Of a stretch of DNA of 64,000 nucleotides, positions 30,260 through 40,312 are shown piece by piece. Made by a program: the position numbers and the translations under genes. The stretch lies in IMG/VR virus record IMGVR_UViG_3300035208_004396. One strand, 5' to 3'. This DNA is from a virus (Duplodnaviria > Caudoviricetes). The first letter of the stretch is position 1. Each line of letters opens with the position of its first letter. The notes under the pieces are model-generated. The model saw only the letters and a list, made by a program, of their open reading frames with translations. It had not been told where the DNA came from and made no database searches.

Positions 30260-30480
30260 AAATAAAAGTTGAATTTCTATTATATTCTAAGTTTTTTGGA
30301 TTCAAATATCACGAAATTCACCACATATTATTCGAAAAAAACATAGAAGAAGCTAATTATATGATACGAAATTATCTAAATTGTATCACAAAATCTGTAT
30401 TTTTCGAAGTAAGGATAGATGAAAAACTAATTTATACCGGCAAAATTTTGAAAAATAATGTAGATATTAAACGAGTTTGA
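30256..30480 (+). CDS. hypothetical protein
   Basis: ORF track, ATGA overlap. Confidence 0.5.
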   Translation: MKIKVEFLLYSKFFGFKYHEIHHILFEKNIEEANYMIRNYLNCITKSVFFEVRIDEKLIYTGKILKNNVDIKRV

Positions 30481-30579
30481 AGAAAATGGATCATTTCTTC
30501 TTATTTATACACCAATAATGGGTATAAAATTTATAATAGATCCAATAAAAATGCCACTTTTTAGGGCAAAGGAAAAAAT

Positions 30580-31002
30580 ATGAATATTGATTCTGTTTTA
30601 GATGAATGCTATGATATGATGGGTAAACCTATCTATGATGGTAAATACGCAATTAATTTACCGGTGGATATTTATACTACCAATGATCAAATGGTTATCG
30701 AAATTGCTGCTGTTGGTAAGACAAAAGATCAAATCCACATCAAAAACTTCAATTCTGAATATGTTGATCTATATAATTGTTTGCATATTAATATCGATAA
30801 ATCGAATATATTGAATGATAATAGAAGCTATGTCTATCATAAGATTAAACAAGATAATATCGATTTTAATGTATATGTTCCATTTACTTTCGATATTTCT
30901 AAAGAAAACACCACAGTTTCATTGAAAAATGGTCTGGTAACTATTATTTTCAAAAAGAAAACTCCCGATCAACTTAAAGAACAAGAATACTCAATTAATT
31001 AA
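30580..31002 (+). CDS. small heat shock protein (Hsp20)
   Basis: PVDIY...IEIAAVG..KDQIHI...LKNGLVTI. Confidence 0.8.
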   Translation: MNIDSVLDECYDMMGKPIYDGKYAINLPVDIYTTNDQMVIEIAAVGKTKDQIHIKNFNSEYVDLYNCLHINIDKSNILNDNRSYVYHKIKQDNIDFNVYVPFTFDISKENTTVSLKNGLVTIIFKKKTPDQLKEQEYSIN

Positions 31003-31020
31003 ATAAGAATTTAATTATTA

Positions 31021-31052
31021 AAAAGAGAGACACTATAATAGTGTCTCTTTTT
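31021..31052 (+). terminator. intrinsic terminator
   Basis: AGAGACACTAT-A-ATAGTGTCTCT-TTTT. Confidence 0.8.
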
Positions 31053-31072
31053 AGTTGTAGATAAATATAACT

Positions 31073-32572
31073 ATGAGCATATTAGCTGAATTAAATTCTG
31101 GTTTTACACCTACAGTTTGGAATAGAAAAACTGTTGCTGATGGAGATTATCTCCAAAACATGACGATTGGCCCCATTTTCAGCGGTGAACAATTCTTAGC
31201 TAATCAAATAGATTTAGTAAAAACGAGTGGGGATTATTCGTTTTCATATTTACAGGATAGCGCAGCTAACTTGAATAGCGCTTATATTTATTCTACATCT
31301 CACCTGGGAAATTTAACTATCTCTGGGAGTTATAATGGTATAACATCTAATTTTAATTACGATGGAACTACTAATGTTACTGCTGGATTAACTGACATAT
31401 TTACCAAAATATCAGATGATATATTCTCAAGAATAACTTATAAAGTCGTAGATGATACTGCTGCTATTTTAACTGATAAGAACACTACATTGATCTATTT
31501 GATAGCTCAATCTGGTGCTAGTCCGGATTCATATTACGAATATATTTACGATGCTAATACTAGTGCTGCTAAAATGATAGGAGATACTTCGTTAGCTCTA
31601 TCTGGTTATGCTACCAAAACAGAATTATCAACGGAAACTGATTCTAGAATCAGTGAGGATTCAGCTATATCTGCTAATTTGAGCACTGTTTCTAGCATAG
31701 TTTCGGCTAATAGTGCTAATTGGAATACTGCATATACATGGGTACAGACTAATAGTGCACAGGCTCTTATAAGCTTAGATGTGTATAATCTTAATTATAA
31801 TTCGGAAACTTATAATTATTCTACCGGTTATAGAACATCTCTAATTAATTATTCTGGTGCTCATTCTTTAAGTGCTGGTGGTAGTAATTTACAATTTATA
31901 GGGTATTTAACTGGTACAAATTTATCTAGTTCTTGGGTTAATTTGGGTATGTTGATGCCTAGGGCTACACCAAACATGTCAGCTGATCAAGTTTATGTAT
32001 GTCTTAAAAATAATACGGATATTGAAAATTATAATTGGTTATCGATAAACACTCTTTCTTTTGCAAATGGTACTAATTTATTAGGGGGCTTTAGTTATAG
32101 CGGATCATATACCGGAAGTACCGGTACTACTGGAATAAATCAATATAATCAAGTTATCAAATTACCATGTCTAACAGAAGTTTTTTCACAAACTAAAACA
32201 ACCGCTAGCACTAATTATACTTTAACTGAAGAAGGGTGGTATGATATCGATGGTACATTATACATTAAGGGTAAAACTGGATCTATAACAGATCTTACTT
32301 TCTCCTATGATATGACTCAGTTAATAACTTCTACCTATACACTTACTTCGGATTTAACTAATGAAATTTTTTCACATGAAGGTATTGATGAAAAAATACC
32401 ATTTCATGCTAAATTATTTGCTATTACTGGTGAATCCGGTAGTTTAGTAATAAATCCTAATTCGGTAAGTGCTTGGTTTAGTTCTGCTAGTTCTGCTGCT
32501 AATTTCAATTCTACTGGAACTAGCACTTATGCTATAGCTAATTACATTATAACCAGAAGAAATTATGCTTAA
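31073..32572 (+). CDS. tail fibre-like structural protein
   Basis: S/T/A-rich; IYLI...YYEYIY...MIGDTSLALSGYATK; late promoter. Confidence 0.6.
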   Translation: MSILAELNSGFTPTVWNRKTVADGDYLQNMTIGPIFSGEQFLANQIDLVKTSGDYSFSYLQDSAANLNSAYIYSTSHLGNLTISGSYNGITSNFNYDGTTNVTAGLTDIFTKISDDIFSRITYKVVDDTAAILTDKNTTLIYLIAQSGASPDSYYEYIYDANTSAAKMIGDTSLALSGYATKTELSTETDSRISEDSAISANLSTVSSIVSANSANWNTAYTWVQTNSAQALISLDVYNLNYNSETYNYSTGYRTSLINYSGAHSLSAGGSNLQFIGYLTGTNLSSSWVNLGMLMPRATPNMSADQVYVCLKNNTDIENYNWLSINTLSFANGTNLLGGFSYSGSYTGSTGTTGINQYNQVIKLPCLTEVFSQTKTTASTNYTLTEEGWYDIDGTLYIKGKTGSITDLTFSYDMTQLITSTYTLTSDLTNEIFSHEGIDEKIPFHAKLFAITGESGSLVINPNSVSAWFSSASSAANFNSTGTSTYAIANYIITRRNYA

Positions 32573-33034
32573 TTGGAGGTTAATATGAAAATTTCAAATG
32601 TATCATTTACTGATATTAGATTAAAAGCGATGGGAAATAGATATTATGAGATAGCCGAACCTTTGTCTATAGTAATAAATACGGACAAAGATATCTTGGT
32701 TTATCATTTCGATGCCGGTTTTGTTACTAATTTCCGAAGTGGCGGAGCAATAGTAGATAGTTTCATAGATCAAATAGGAGATGAAGCTCATCAAATATGT
32801 TGGCTTATACACGATTCGAATTATACTCCATGTGATATGTTGAATATGGCACATCCGTTATCCAAGTCAGATAGTGATAAATTGTTAAGAGCAATGTTGA
32901 GAAAAGCAGGGGAAAGTTCATTTAAGGTTGATATGGTGTATTATTCAGTTAAGATATTTGGTAAGTCTGCTTACTATGATGATGACTCATTAACGGAAAA
33001 AAACTCAAAATTATTCAAATTTAAGAAAAATTAG
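32573..33034 (+). CDS. DUF1353 family protein
   Basis: GFVTNF, IHD, SDKLL, YYSVKIFG; start may be ATG 32585. Confidence 0.7.
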   Translation: MEVNMKISNVSFTDIRLKAMGNRYYEIAEPLSIVINTDKDILVYHFDAGFVTNFRSGGAIVDSFIDQIGDEAHQICWLIHDSNYTPCDMLNMAHPLSKSDSDKLLRAMLRKAGESSFKVDMVYYSVKIFGKSAYYDDDSLTEKNSKLFKFKKN

Positions 33035-33116
33035 TAGAAAATCTCGACAATCTATTAACGTTTTGCAACATTTTATTAACAGATGTTGATATATAATATT
33101 AAGTCAAGGAGAAAAC

Positions 33117-34163
33117 ATGGAAGATGAATTAAAAAAGAAACTTCTAGGAATTGGCTTAAAGGAAGAAGACTTGGCCGAAGTTACTGTCGCGTTTGATACA
33201 GCTGTAGAGTCCATGGTGAATGAGCGCTTAGTTGAAGAGAAGGCGAAGATTGATGCTTCATATAAAACCAAGGCTGATGACTTTTGTGAGAAGAAAATTG
33301 CCCAAGAATTAGAGTTTGAAAAAGCCGATCTTCAGAAAATTTCCGAAGAATGGTTACAGAAGAAAGCTAATACTTTAGCAAAGAAAGCTCAGATGTTGGT
33401 CGATAAAGAAGTCGATCGGATTGAAGAGAATACTTCTCAATATATCGATAAGTATTTTAATGAAGCATTCCAAGAAAAGTTTGGTGCTGAATTAGCTAAT
33501 ATCGAGGAGTCGGTTATTTCTTCAGTCGATCAGTATTTGGATCTCGTAATTGCTGAAAAAGTTGGTCCTCAAATGATTGAGAGTGCCGCTATGAATGAAA
33601 CTTTTGCTCCAATTATTCAGGGTATTCAGAATCTGTTCGAAACACAATATGTACCATTGAATAATTCAGGTACCGCTAAATTGGAAGGTGCTAAAAAAGA
33701 GATCTCAAGTTTAGAGGAATCGCTTAAAGAACAAGTAAAAGCAAATATGAAATTAGCCGTGGAAAATGAAAAGTTCCAAAAGAATGTGTTAATTTCGGAA
33801 AAATGTTCTGAATTATCAGCTGGCAACCGTGTTAAATTGAAGAAATTCTTCGAAAATAAGCCTTTTGCCACAGTAAAGTCTGATATTGAAGAGTATTGTT
33901 TAACGTTGGAGAAAGAAAGTTCTGAAAAAGCTAATCTGATTGCAGAGAAAGCTGAATTAGAACGTAGACTTCAAATGCGTAAACCTACACCGGAACCTCG
34001 TCATGAGCCGGTTAAAACTATGTCAGAAAGAGTAATTTCAACAGATGTTACTAGACACATTCATACTGAGCCAAAACTCGAAGAGAATGTAAGTAACAGA
34101 TTTAGAGCTCAAAAGGAAAGCTTAGACGAAGCTTTACTTAAAAGAGCAGCTTCATTGTTATAA
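33117..34163 (+). CDS. prohead core scaffold (gp22-like)
   Basis: Acidic coiled coil, FDTAVE, VDQYLDLV; directly upstream of the MCP. Confidence 0.85.
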   Translation: MEDELKKKLLGIGLKEEDLAEVTVAFDTAVESMVNERLVEEKAKIDASYKTKADDFCEKKIAQELEFEKADLQKISEEWLQKKANTLAKKAQMLVDKEVDRIEENTSQYIDKYFNEAFQEKFGAELANIEESVISSVDQYLDLVIAEKVGPQMIESAAMNETFAPIIQGIQNLFETQYVPLNNSGTAKLEGAKKEISSLEESLKEQVKANMKLAVENEKFQKNVLISEKCSELSAGNRVKLKKFFENKPFATVKSDIEEYCLTLEKESSEKANLIAEKAELERRLQMRKPTPEPRHEPVKTMSERVISTDVTRHIHTEPKLEENVSNRFRAQKESLDEALLKRAASLL

Positions 34164-34181
34164 AATATAAGGAGTAAAACA

Positions 34182-35468
34182 ATGCTTATACTTAATAAAA
34201 ATCATGCTGGTCAGTCAGATAAGCTAAAGCTTTCCGGCATTACAGATCCGATCATTCGTGAAAATACACGCCAATTGATCGAAAACATTCAAGGTTATCA
34301 AACTAAATCGAAATTGAACGAAGATTTTGGTATTGGTTTGAATCCGCCTACTGGTTTGAATCAAGGTATTCCTACTGGTGGAATTGGCCATGGTGCTTAT
34401 GCTCCAGTAACTTGGGCAGTTGCTCGAAGGGCTTTCCCCGATCTTATCTCTAACGTATTGGTTGGTAACCACGTTATGAAGACACCGGCAGAACAGATTT
34501 TCGCACTTCGTAACATTTATTTAACTAATGATAAGACGAAGATGGTTGAAGCTGCATGGCGTGCCGTTGGTAAGTTCTCTGGTTTTACTGGTTCTCAACC
34601 CGGTCGTGAAGGTCCAGTTGATTCTGGTACTGCCGCTGCTGGTACGGAGAATCCTGAACACTGGAAACTTGGCGGCGATCCTGCTAAGTTCGAAAAGATG
34701 CCAGAACTTGGTATCAACATGATTTCTCAGGTCGTTGTGGCCCAGAAACGTCAGGTTGGTGCTTCTATCAGTACTGATGCTCTTGAGGATTTGAATTCCC
34801 AACATAGTATTGATGGTTTACAACATCTCACTCGTTTGTTACAATATGAGTTAAGTGCGGAAATGGATCGTGAAACTATTTCTCATTGTAAAGCTCATTG
34901 TATTCCTCAGATTATCAATAAGTCCGATACGACTTTAGCTGATAACACGGGATGGGTCGGTAGAAGTTCTATGGAACGTTTCTCTTGGATCAGAACTTTG
35001 ATCATGAGAAAGGCTAACGAAATTGGTACTGCTACTCGTATTAGTGCTGCTAACGTAATGGTGGTTTCACCTGATGTTGCTACAGTATTACAAGCTGGTA
35101 ACAGCCAATATTTCACTGCTTTCAACGGAACGGTTGATGCTTTGAAAACCACGGCAGAAATTGGTACCTTAAATGGTAACATTCGGTGCTTCGTGGATAG
35201 ATATCAGGGTGGTGAACATGCCAATGGCACAGAAGATACCGGAGAAGTTCTTCTAGCTTATAAGGGTAGTGCAAACGATGACGCTGGTGTTATCTTCTGT
35301 CCTTATATCATGGACGTTGTGCAAACTGCTACTGATCCTAACGACTTCTCACCTAGGGTTGCTGTAAAGGCTCGTTATGCTTATGCAGATAACATTCTCG
35401 GTTCAGAAAACTATTATCGGTTATTGAAGTTCAACAAGATCTTCGATGACGCTAACCTTGTGTTCTAA
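34182..35468 (+). CDS. major capsid protein (gp23-like)
   Basis: LIEN, ARRAFP, IFALR, EMDRE, YKG...DAGVIFCPY, DPNDFSPR...RYA. Confidence 0.95.
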   Translation: MLILNKNHAGQSDKLKLSGITDPIIRENTRQLIENIQGYQTKSKLNEDFGIGLNPPTGLNQGIPTGGIGHGAYAPVTWAVARRAFPDLISNVLVGNHVMKTPAEQIFALRNIYLTNDKTKMVEAAWRAVGKFSGFTGSQPGREGPVDSGTAAAGTENPEHWKLGGDPAKFEKMPELGINMISQVVVAQKRQVGASISTDALEDLNSQHSIDGLQHLTRLLQYELSAEMDRETISHCKAHCIPQIINKSDTTLADNTGWVGRSSMERFSWIRTLIMRKANEIGTATRISAANVMVVSPDVATVLQAGNSQYFTAFNGTVDALKTTAEIGTLNGNIRCFVDRYQGGEHANGTEDTGEVLLAYKGSANDDAGVIFCPYIMDVVQTATDPNDFSPRVAVKARYAYADNILGSENYYRLLKFNKIFDDANLVF

Positions 35469-35483
35469 TAAGGAGACTTACAC

Positions 35484-35816
35484 ATGATTAAAACTACTAT
35501 TTATCATCAAGGAAACGACACTGATTTCGGTGACGTTTTCACCCCGGATTCTTCAGTTGGTTGCGGTCGTATTCAATTCCAAGAAGGTAAAAATTGGTTG
35601 AATGTTGCTACCGTGATTTCACCGAAGTTCCCTGAAACTGATTGGGATAAGTCCGTAAGTGGCACTTCTGCTACTATTGATACTCTATCTGCATATTACT
35701 TATCTAAGGATTATGCTGGAGCCAATAGTGCTAATGTTACTCTTGGAACCTTCTTCCAGAGTTCTGATAAGGGCGATTATCAGATTAATGCTTCGGCTTT
35801 CATACCGCAAGCTTAA
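35484..35816 (+). CDS. probable capsid decoration protein
   Basis: Strong AAGGAG RBS, co-transcribed with the MCP up to a terminator. Confidence 0.5.
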   Translation: MIKTTIYHQGNDTDFGDVFTPDSSVGCGRIQFQEGKNWLNVATVISPKFPETDWDKSVSGTSATIDTLSAYYLSKDYAGANSANVTLGTFFQSSDKGDYQINASAFIPQA

Positions 35817-35832
35817 TTCTAGCTTAAATTCA

Positions 35833-35864
35833 AAAAAAACCGATCTAAATAAGATCGGTTTTTT
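35833..35864. terminator. bidirectional terminator
   Basis: AAAAAAACCGATCT-AAATA-AGATCGGTTTTTT. Confidence 0.85.
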
Positions 35865-35920
35865 GTAGATAGTAGATAACTAATTTGAATGGAAAGAACA
35901 AAATCTATCTTTTATACATC

Positions 35921-36229
35921 TCAATGGCTATAATCTTTAGCAAAACTTCTAAAATATTCTACACTTGGTATTTTTAATACTGTTCCTGGCATAAACTGAT
36001 GTTGTATATCCATGATGTTATTATAACTACATAACATCCACCAGTATTTGTCATCTTGATATACGCGATAAGACAATAAATCTGGTCTTCCTTCTTCAGT
36101 TTCTCTTATCGAAACATAACCATAGTTTACATCATAATCCCATTCTGGAACACTGCCAAGATCATATTCACTTACACCGTTTACTACGTTTTGCTGATAA
36201 AATGAAGTTCTATCATATATCGATTTCAT
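35921..36229 (-). CDS. baseplate wedge gp53-like (LysM-like)
   Basis: GRPDLLSYRVYQDDKYWWML..YNNI.D...G..LKIP. Confidence 0.85.
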   Translation of the reverse strand: MKSIYDRTSFYQQNVVNGVSEYDLGSVPEWDYDVNYGYVSIRETEEGRPDLLSYRVYQDDKYWWMLCSYNNIMDIQHQFMPGTVLKIPSVEYFRSFAKDYSH

Positions 36230-37035
36230 CTATATTTCCTCGTTTCGATTACTATATCGGATAATGGTGTAACTGTATATGGTATATTATCAGGATTAGT
36301 ATAAAATGATATATCTGTAAATTCGTAATAATTAGTTCCCGATTTAGCACTATAATTACAAGTATAAAGACTAAGTCCAGTTTGAGTATTCTTGTATAAT
36401 GTATTAGCATCAAAAGTAATATTTACCGATATTTGATTAACTTTTTTACAAACCGGAATATAATTCAATACCAAATATCCAGAAGATAGACTAGAAGTGT
36501 TATTCAAATAATGACAATTTCTATTATTTAACAAGACATAAAGTGGAATATCAGATCCGTTAAGACTACTATCGAATGTTACTTCAGCATTGAATTTTAT
36601 GTTTAAAGCATTGTGTAAATCTAAAGTTTTCTCAGTATTGCTAGTCTTATCTCGAACATAATAACTTTCTCCAATATAAGTATCAAATGGAATATATCCA
36701 CTATCACCAGAATATAATTCTTGATAAACACCATTACCTGATAGATCAGCTATATTTGGTACAAAATAGGTCGAAATAGTTGGATAACACCCTAAAGTTT
36801 TGTAACCATCAATATATTCAATAATACCACCCATATTTCGTTCATCTATTTGTAATGACATATCAGGTGTTATGGAATATTTAGAAATAACATCTGTATA
36901 ATTATCAAGTTTAGTACCTTTATATAATAATGTATGATTCGGCATAGCACTACATAATGCAAGATCAGTTGATAATAAATCATCAAACTGTGTTTGAAAT
37001 GTGGAATAACTTAAACTATCACTAGGATTCATCAT
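36226..37035 (-). CDS. probable structural protein
   Basis: Late operon with gp53. Confidence 0.6.
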   Translation of the reverse strand: MMNPSDSLSYSTFQTQFDDLLSTDLALCSAMPNHTLLYKGTKLDNYTDVISKYSITPDMSLQIDERNMGGIIEYIDGYKTLGCYPTISTYFVPNIADLSGNGVYQELYSGDSGYIPFDTYIGESYYVRDKTSNTEKTLDLHNALNIKFNAEVTFDSSLNGSDIPLYVLLNNRNCHYLNNTSSLSSGYLVLNYIPVCKKVNQISVNITFDANTLYKNTQTGLSLYTCNYSAKSGTNYYEFTDISFYTNPDNIPYTVTPLSDIVIETRKYR

Positions 37036-38057
37036 TAAACCTCTCCAAATAATGAAATCATAAGATTTTGATTTTTAATCCAGAATGCATCTCTAGTACG
37101 GTTAGAATAATCTATTCCAATCGGATTATATTGTACTGCTAAACCAGAATTTTTGGAAATTTTATTCTTTAAATCATCGTATGTAACAGCACTTCTAGAC
37201 ATATTAGTCATGTTTTTAGGATCATTCTCGACATTACAAATCTCATCGCCCGTGATGGGTACTTCGTATAAGTCCGATTTTAATCTTAAATTTATACCAG
37301 CAGATAAATCTGACTTAGCTAAATAAAACCCAACATTTAACATTCTACCAGCAAAACTACCACTATTTTCGGTACAGATTCCACCGGAATTAGCAAAATC
37401 ACCATAATTATATTCAGGTCTTATATCGAAACGTTGAACTAATTGACCATTGCAGTATAAACCTAAAATGGGTGTGAAATATTCATAACTATTCCATTGT
37501 TGCCAAGGATTAACATGCTGATCTAAATTACTATCAGCATAATCTTGCATATATATGTTTATGCTGCCTTCGATAAATACTCCTGTTACGGTCATATAAT
37601 CTGGAATATTTACACCTTTTAATGGAATTCCTACACTATTTCTATAAGTATTTTGATCATCAACTGTATAATTACCTATGGGGTCATCAGTATAACATTG
37701 ATAGTTTCCTATACCGGAACACGCAATTGGGTTTGAGTTTATTTGGTGTTTCATATTCAGGAATGTCATATTCTGGCCATCATAATATATGCATTGATAG
37801 TTTAATGGTGTTGAATTTGGAATAGACGAAGCAAAACCAGATGAATTAATAGAGAAAGTCATATAATTTTCGTGATCCGTGAAAATTATATCATTTAATG
37901 CTGAACTTGGATATAAACTTAAGATGTTAGATTCGATATTTTCATCATTTTTAGTTAACATCTGATCTATTTTATTAAAATAATCACTATCAAAAATCGA
38001 ACCTCTATTCAACGAAGTGGGATTGCCTTTTTTACCAAATTCAGATAATTCGATCAT
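37035..38057 (-). CDS. probable structural protein
   Basis: TATAAATA-N6-ATG. Confidence 0.6.
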   Translation of the reverse strand: MIELSEFGKKGNPTSLNRGSIFDSDYFNKIDQMLTKNDENIESNILSLYPSSALNDIIFTDHENYMTFSINSSGFASSIPNSTPLNYQCIYYDGQNMTFLNMKHQINSNPIACSGIGNYQCYTDDPIGNYTVDDQNTYRNSVGIPLKGVNIPDYMTVTGVFIEGSINIYMQDYADSNLDQHVNPWQQWNSYEYFTPILGLYCNGQLVQRFDIRPEYNYGDFANSGGICTENSGSFAGRMLNVGFYLAKSDLSAGINLRLKSDLYEVPITGDEICNVENDPKNMTNMSRSAVTYDDLKNKISKNSGLAVQYNPIGIDYSNRTRDAFWIKNQNLMISLFGEV

Positions 38058-38080
38058 ATTTAGTATTTATATTGTAATAC

Positions 38081-38860
38081 ATGAATTACTTAATAGTATT
38101 GACAAAATGTTATAATGTAAAAGATTTCATGACATTTTACGATTATCACATTAGATTATTTGATAAGATTATAGTGTATGATAACGAATCAAGTGTTAAA
38201 ATACCGGTAAAATCCGAAAAGATAATTGGTTTTCCAGATCAATATTCTTTATATAATGAAATTATGAAAAATTTCCCATTTAAAAATGACGATTTAGTAT
38301 GTTTTCTTGATGATGATGAGTATTTATATACAGATTTTGATAAAAATGGGTTTAATGATGCCGTTTACGGCGTTTTAGATCGGTATGGAGCAAATATTTT
38401 ACATATACCCGAGATACTTATCAGTACTAAAGTTTTGCTCTCTAAACGCCATGAAACGCTGCCCATTACTTCGAGATATATCAGATTGGATAAAGGTAAT
38501 ACATGTAAGTGTATTATTCGTTATAAAAAAACACATTATGATTTTAATTTCAAAAATATTATGATATCTGACACAATAGGTCATATACCGAGTATAAATG
38601 GAGTTAAATATAGTGTTGGTATGTCTACATTTCCCGATATATCTTATAGCAGTTATGCTAAAGTGGATTTAGATGCAAAGATAAGGTTATATCATTATCA
38701 CATTAAATCGGAAGCGGATTGGTTGATTAAATTGAACAGGGGTAGTGCTGCTACCAAGATACCTTGGTATAGTAATGATATAAGAATGAATTATGCTTTT
38801 TCTGGATATGATACTATTGATAATAGTGTCTATTATAAAGTTAAAGAAAATCTATATTGA
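38081..38860 (+). CDS. glycosyltransferase (GT2/GT92-like)
   Basis: YH...FD.I.VYDNES, FLDDDEY, K, LYHY. Confidence 0.75.
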   Translation: MNYLIVLTKCYNVKDFMTFYDYHIRLFDKIIVYDNESSVKIPVKSEKIIGFPDQYSLYNEIMKNFPFKNDDLVCFLDDDEYLYTDFDKNGFNDAVYGVLDRYGANILHIPEILISTKVLLSKRHETLPITSRYIRLDKGNTCKCIIRYKKTHYDFNFKNIMISDTIGHIPSINGVKYSVGMSTFPDISYSSYAKVDLDAKIRLYHYHIKSEADWLIKLNRGSAATKIPWYSNDIRMNYAFSGYDTIDNSVYYKVKENLY

Positions 38861-39792
38861 ATAATATGAAAGTTGAAAAGATAGATTATACAAAGTTTTC
38901 ATTGCTTAAACCCGTAGAAGATACATGTATGATTCAGTCCGATACAGATTCTATGTATATGAGTGCGGATGAATTATACCAAAAGACACCTGATATGGAC
39001 GATATGAAGTTCTTATTAGGTATAGATAAGATGTTTGGCGATTTTTGGAACAATTTTTTAACTAATAAAGCTAAATCAGAAGGGGTCGAAGATCTTATTA
39101 AATTCAGTAGAGAGAGCTTATTTGGGTCATTTTTGTCTATTAAAAAGAAGATGTATATAGGTACCAAGGTAGTAGAAGATGATCAAATCTATGGTTATGA
39201 TCATTGGAAACCCAAGATTAGTGGTATTTCGTTGCATAAGTCAGCTATGCCCAAATTCTGTAAAACTAAAGGTGATCCCTTGATTTTTAACATTTTGACT
39301 AAACATAATAAAGCAGAAACCGATTCCGAAATGGTGAATATTTTTAACGAATATAAGAAACAGAAAATAGAAGATATAAGTTCAAATGGCTCAATAGGTG
39401 ATTATAAGAAATATGTTCCTGAAAGAATGAAAACTTATTTATCTGAGCCAATTTTGTCTAATTTTATGAAAGGTTGGTCAATTAATGCAAAAATGGCATT
39501 CAGTTATAATTGGATTCTTGAAAAATTCAATTTACCTTTGACACCTATTAGTAGTGGAGAAAAATTCAATTATATCTTCGTTAAGCCTACAAATCAGTTT
39601 GGTATAGAATCTATAGCTTATGTTGATGAATGGCCAGAACAATTTTCGAAATTTTTTGAGATTGATTATGAAATGTCTTTTAGAAAGTTCTTTTTACCTA
39701 TTTTCGATCAGGTTTATAATATAATCCATTGGAAAAATGATGACGAAATTATACCGTTGAAATGGTCAAGTTTGGATTTTTTGCACGGTTGA
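38857..39792 (+). CDS. family B DNA polymerase, C-terminal subunit only (split gp43)
   Basis: Motif C SDTDS, KKKMY, KISGI, SGEK..YI, IDYE; no exo, motif A or motif B. Confidence 0.85.
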   Translation: MNNMKVEKIDYTKFSLLKPVEDTCMIQSDTDSMYMSADELYQKTPDMDDMKFLLGIDKMFGDFWNNFLTNKAKSEGVEDLIKFSRESLFGSFLSIKKKMYIGTKVVEDDQIYGYDHWKPKISGISLHKSAMPKFCKTKGDPLIFNILTKHNKAETDSEMVNIFNEYKKQKIEDISSNGSIGDYKKYVPERMKTYLSEPILSNFMKGWSINAKMAFSYNWILEKFNLPLTPISSGEKFNYIFVKPTNQFGIESIAYVDEWPEQFSKFFEIDYEMSFRKFFLPIFDQVYNIIHWKNDDEIIPLKWSSLDFLHG

Positions 39793-40121
39793 TATATAAG
39801 ATTATGATAAAACAATTGTTAAAACTTTATTGTGCCAGACGTGTTATAACGGGTGGTTCTATTGCATATATGTTTGAAAGTATTAAAGATTGGTCCCCTC
39901 TATTAGATAAACTTCGTAAAGAATTCTTAAAGAATCCAAATACATATTTGAAAGAGATTTCGGAATTTTTATCGAATGTGCCTGATAAATCTTTCATCGA
40001 TTTGAATGATTGTCCGAAAGAGGATTATCTCGAACACAACAAAATTTTCGTATTACATGTTACAGAATATAGAAATATGCTTTATTCATTACAAACCGTG
40101 ATGCAAAAAATGGCAAAATGA
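39762..40121 (+). CDS. hypothetical protein
   Basis: ORF track. Confidence 0.55.
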   Translation: MVKFGFFARLIYKIMIKQLLKLYCARRVITGGSIAYMFESIKDWSPLLDKLRKEFLKNPNTYLKEISEFLSNVPDKSFIDLNDCPKEDYLEHNKIFVLHVTEYRNMLYSLQTVMQKMAK

Positions 40122-40312
40122 ATAATTTCGAACGACAAAAAAAATTCATGCTCGATCAAATAGAATACATGAATCGTATAAAATGGTTCAAAGGAATCGA
40201 AATTAATTCGGATCCAACAGAGTCGTTCTTAATAGATTGGGTTAAAAAAGGTGGAGCAGAAGAGTTTAGAAAAAAATGGGAAAAAGAAAATGGTTCTTTA
40301 AATGACATTTAA
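40118..40312 (+). CDS. small hypothetical protein
   Basis: KW...DP....IDW...A..FR..W pattern. Confidence 0.6.
   Translation: MNNFERQKKFMLDQIEYMNRIKWFKGIEINSDPTESFLIDWVKKGGAEEFRKKWEKENGSLNDI

Noticed and set aside
38857-38950. Split-intein C-fragment at the start of the polymerase piece (MKVEKI...)
   Set aside because: No His-Asn/Asn followed by Cys/Ser/Thr junction, and the DTDS motif is intact
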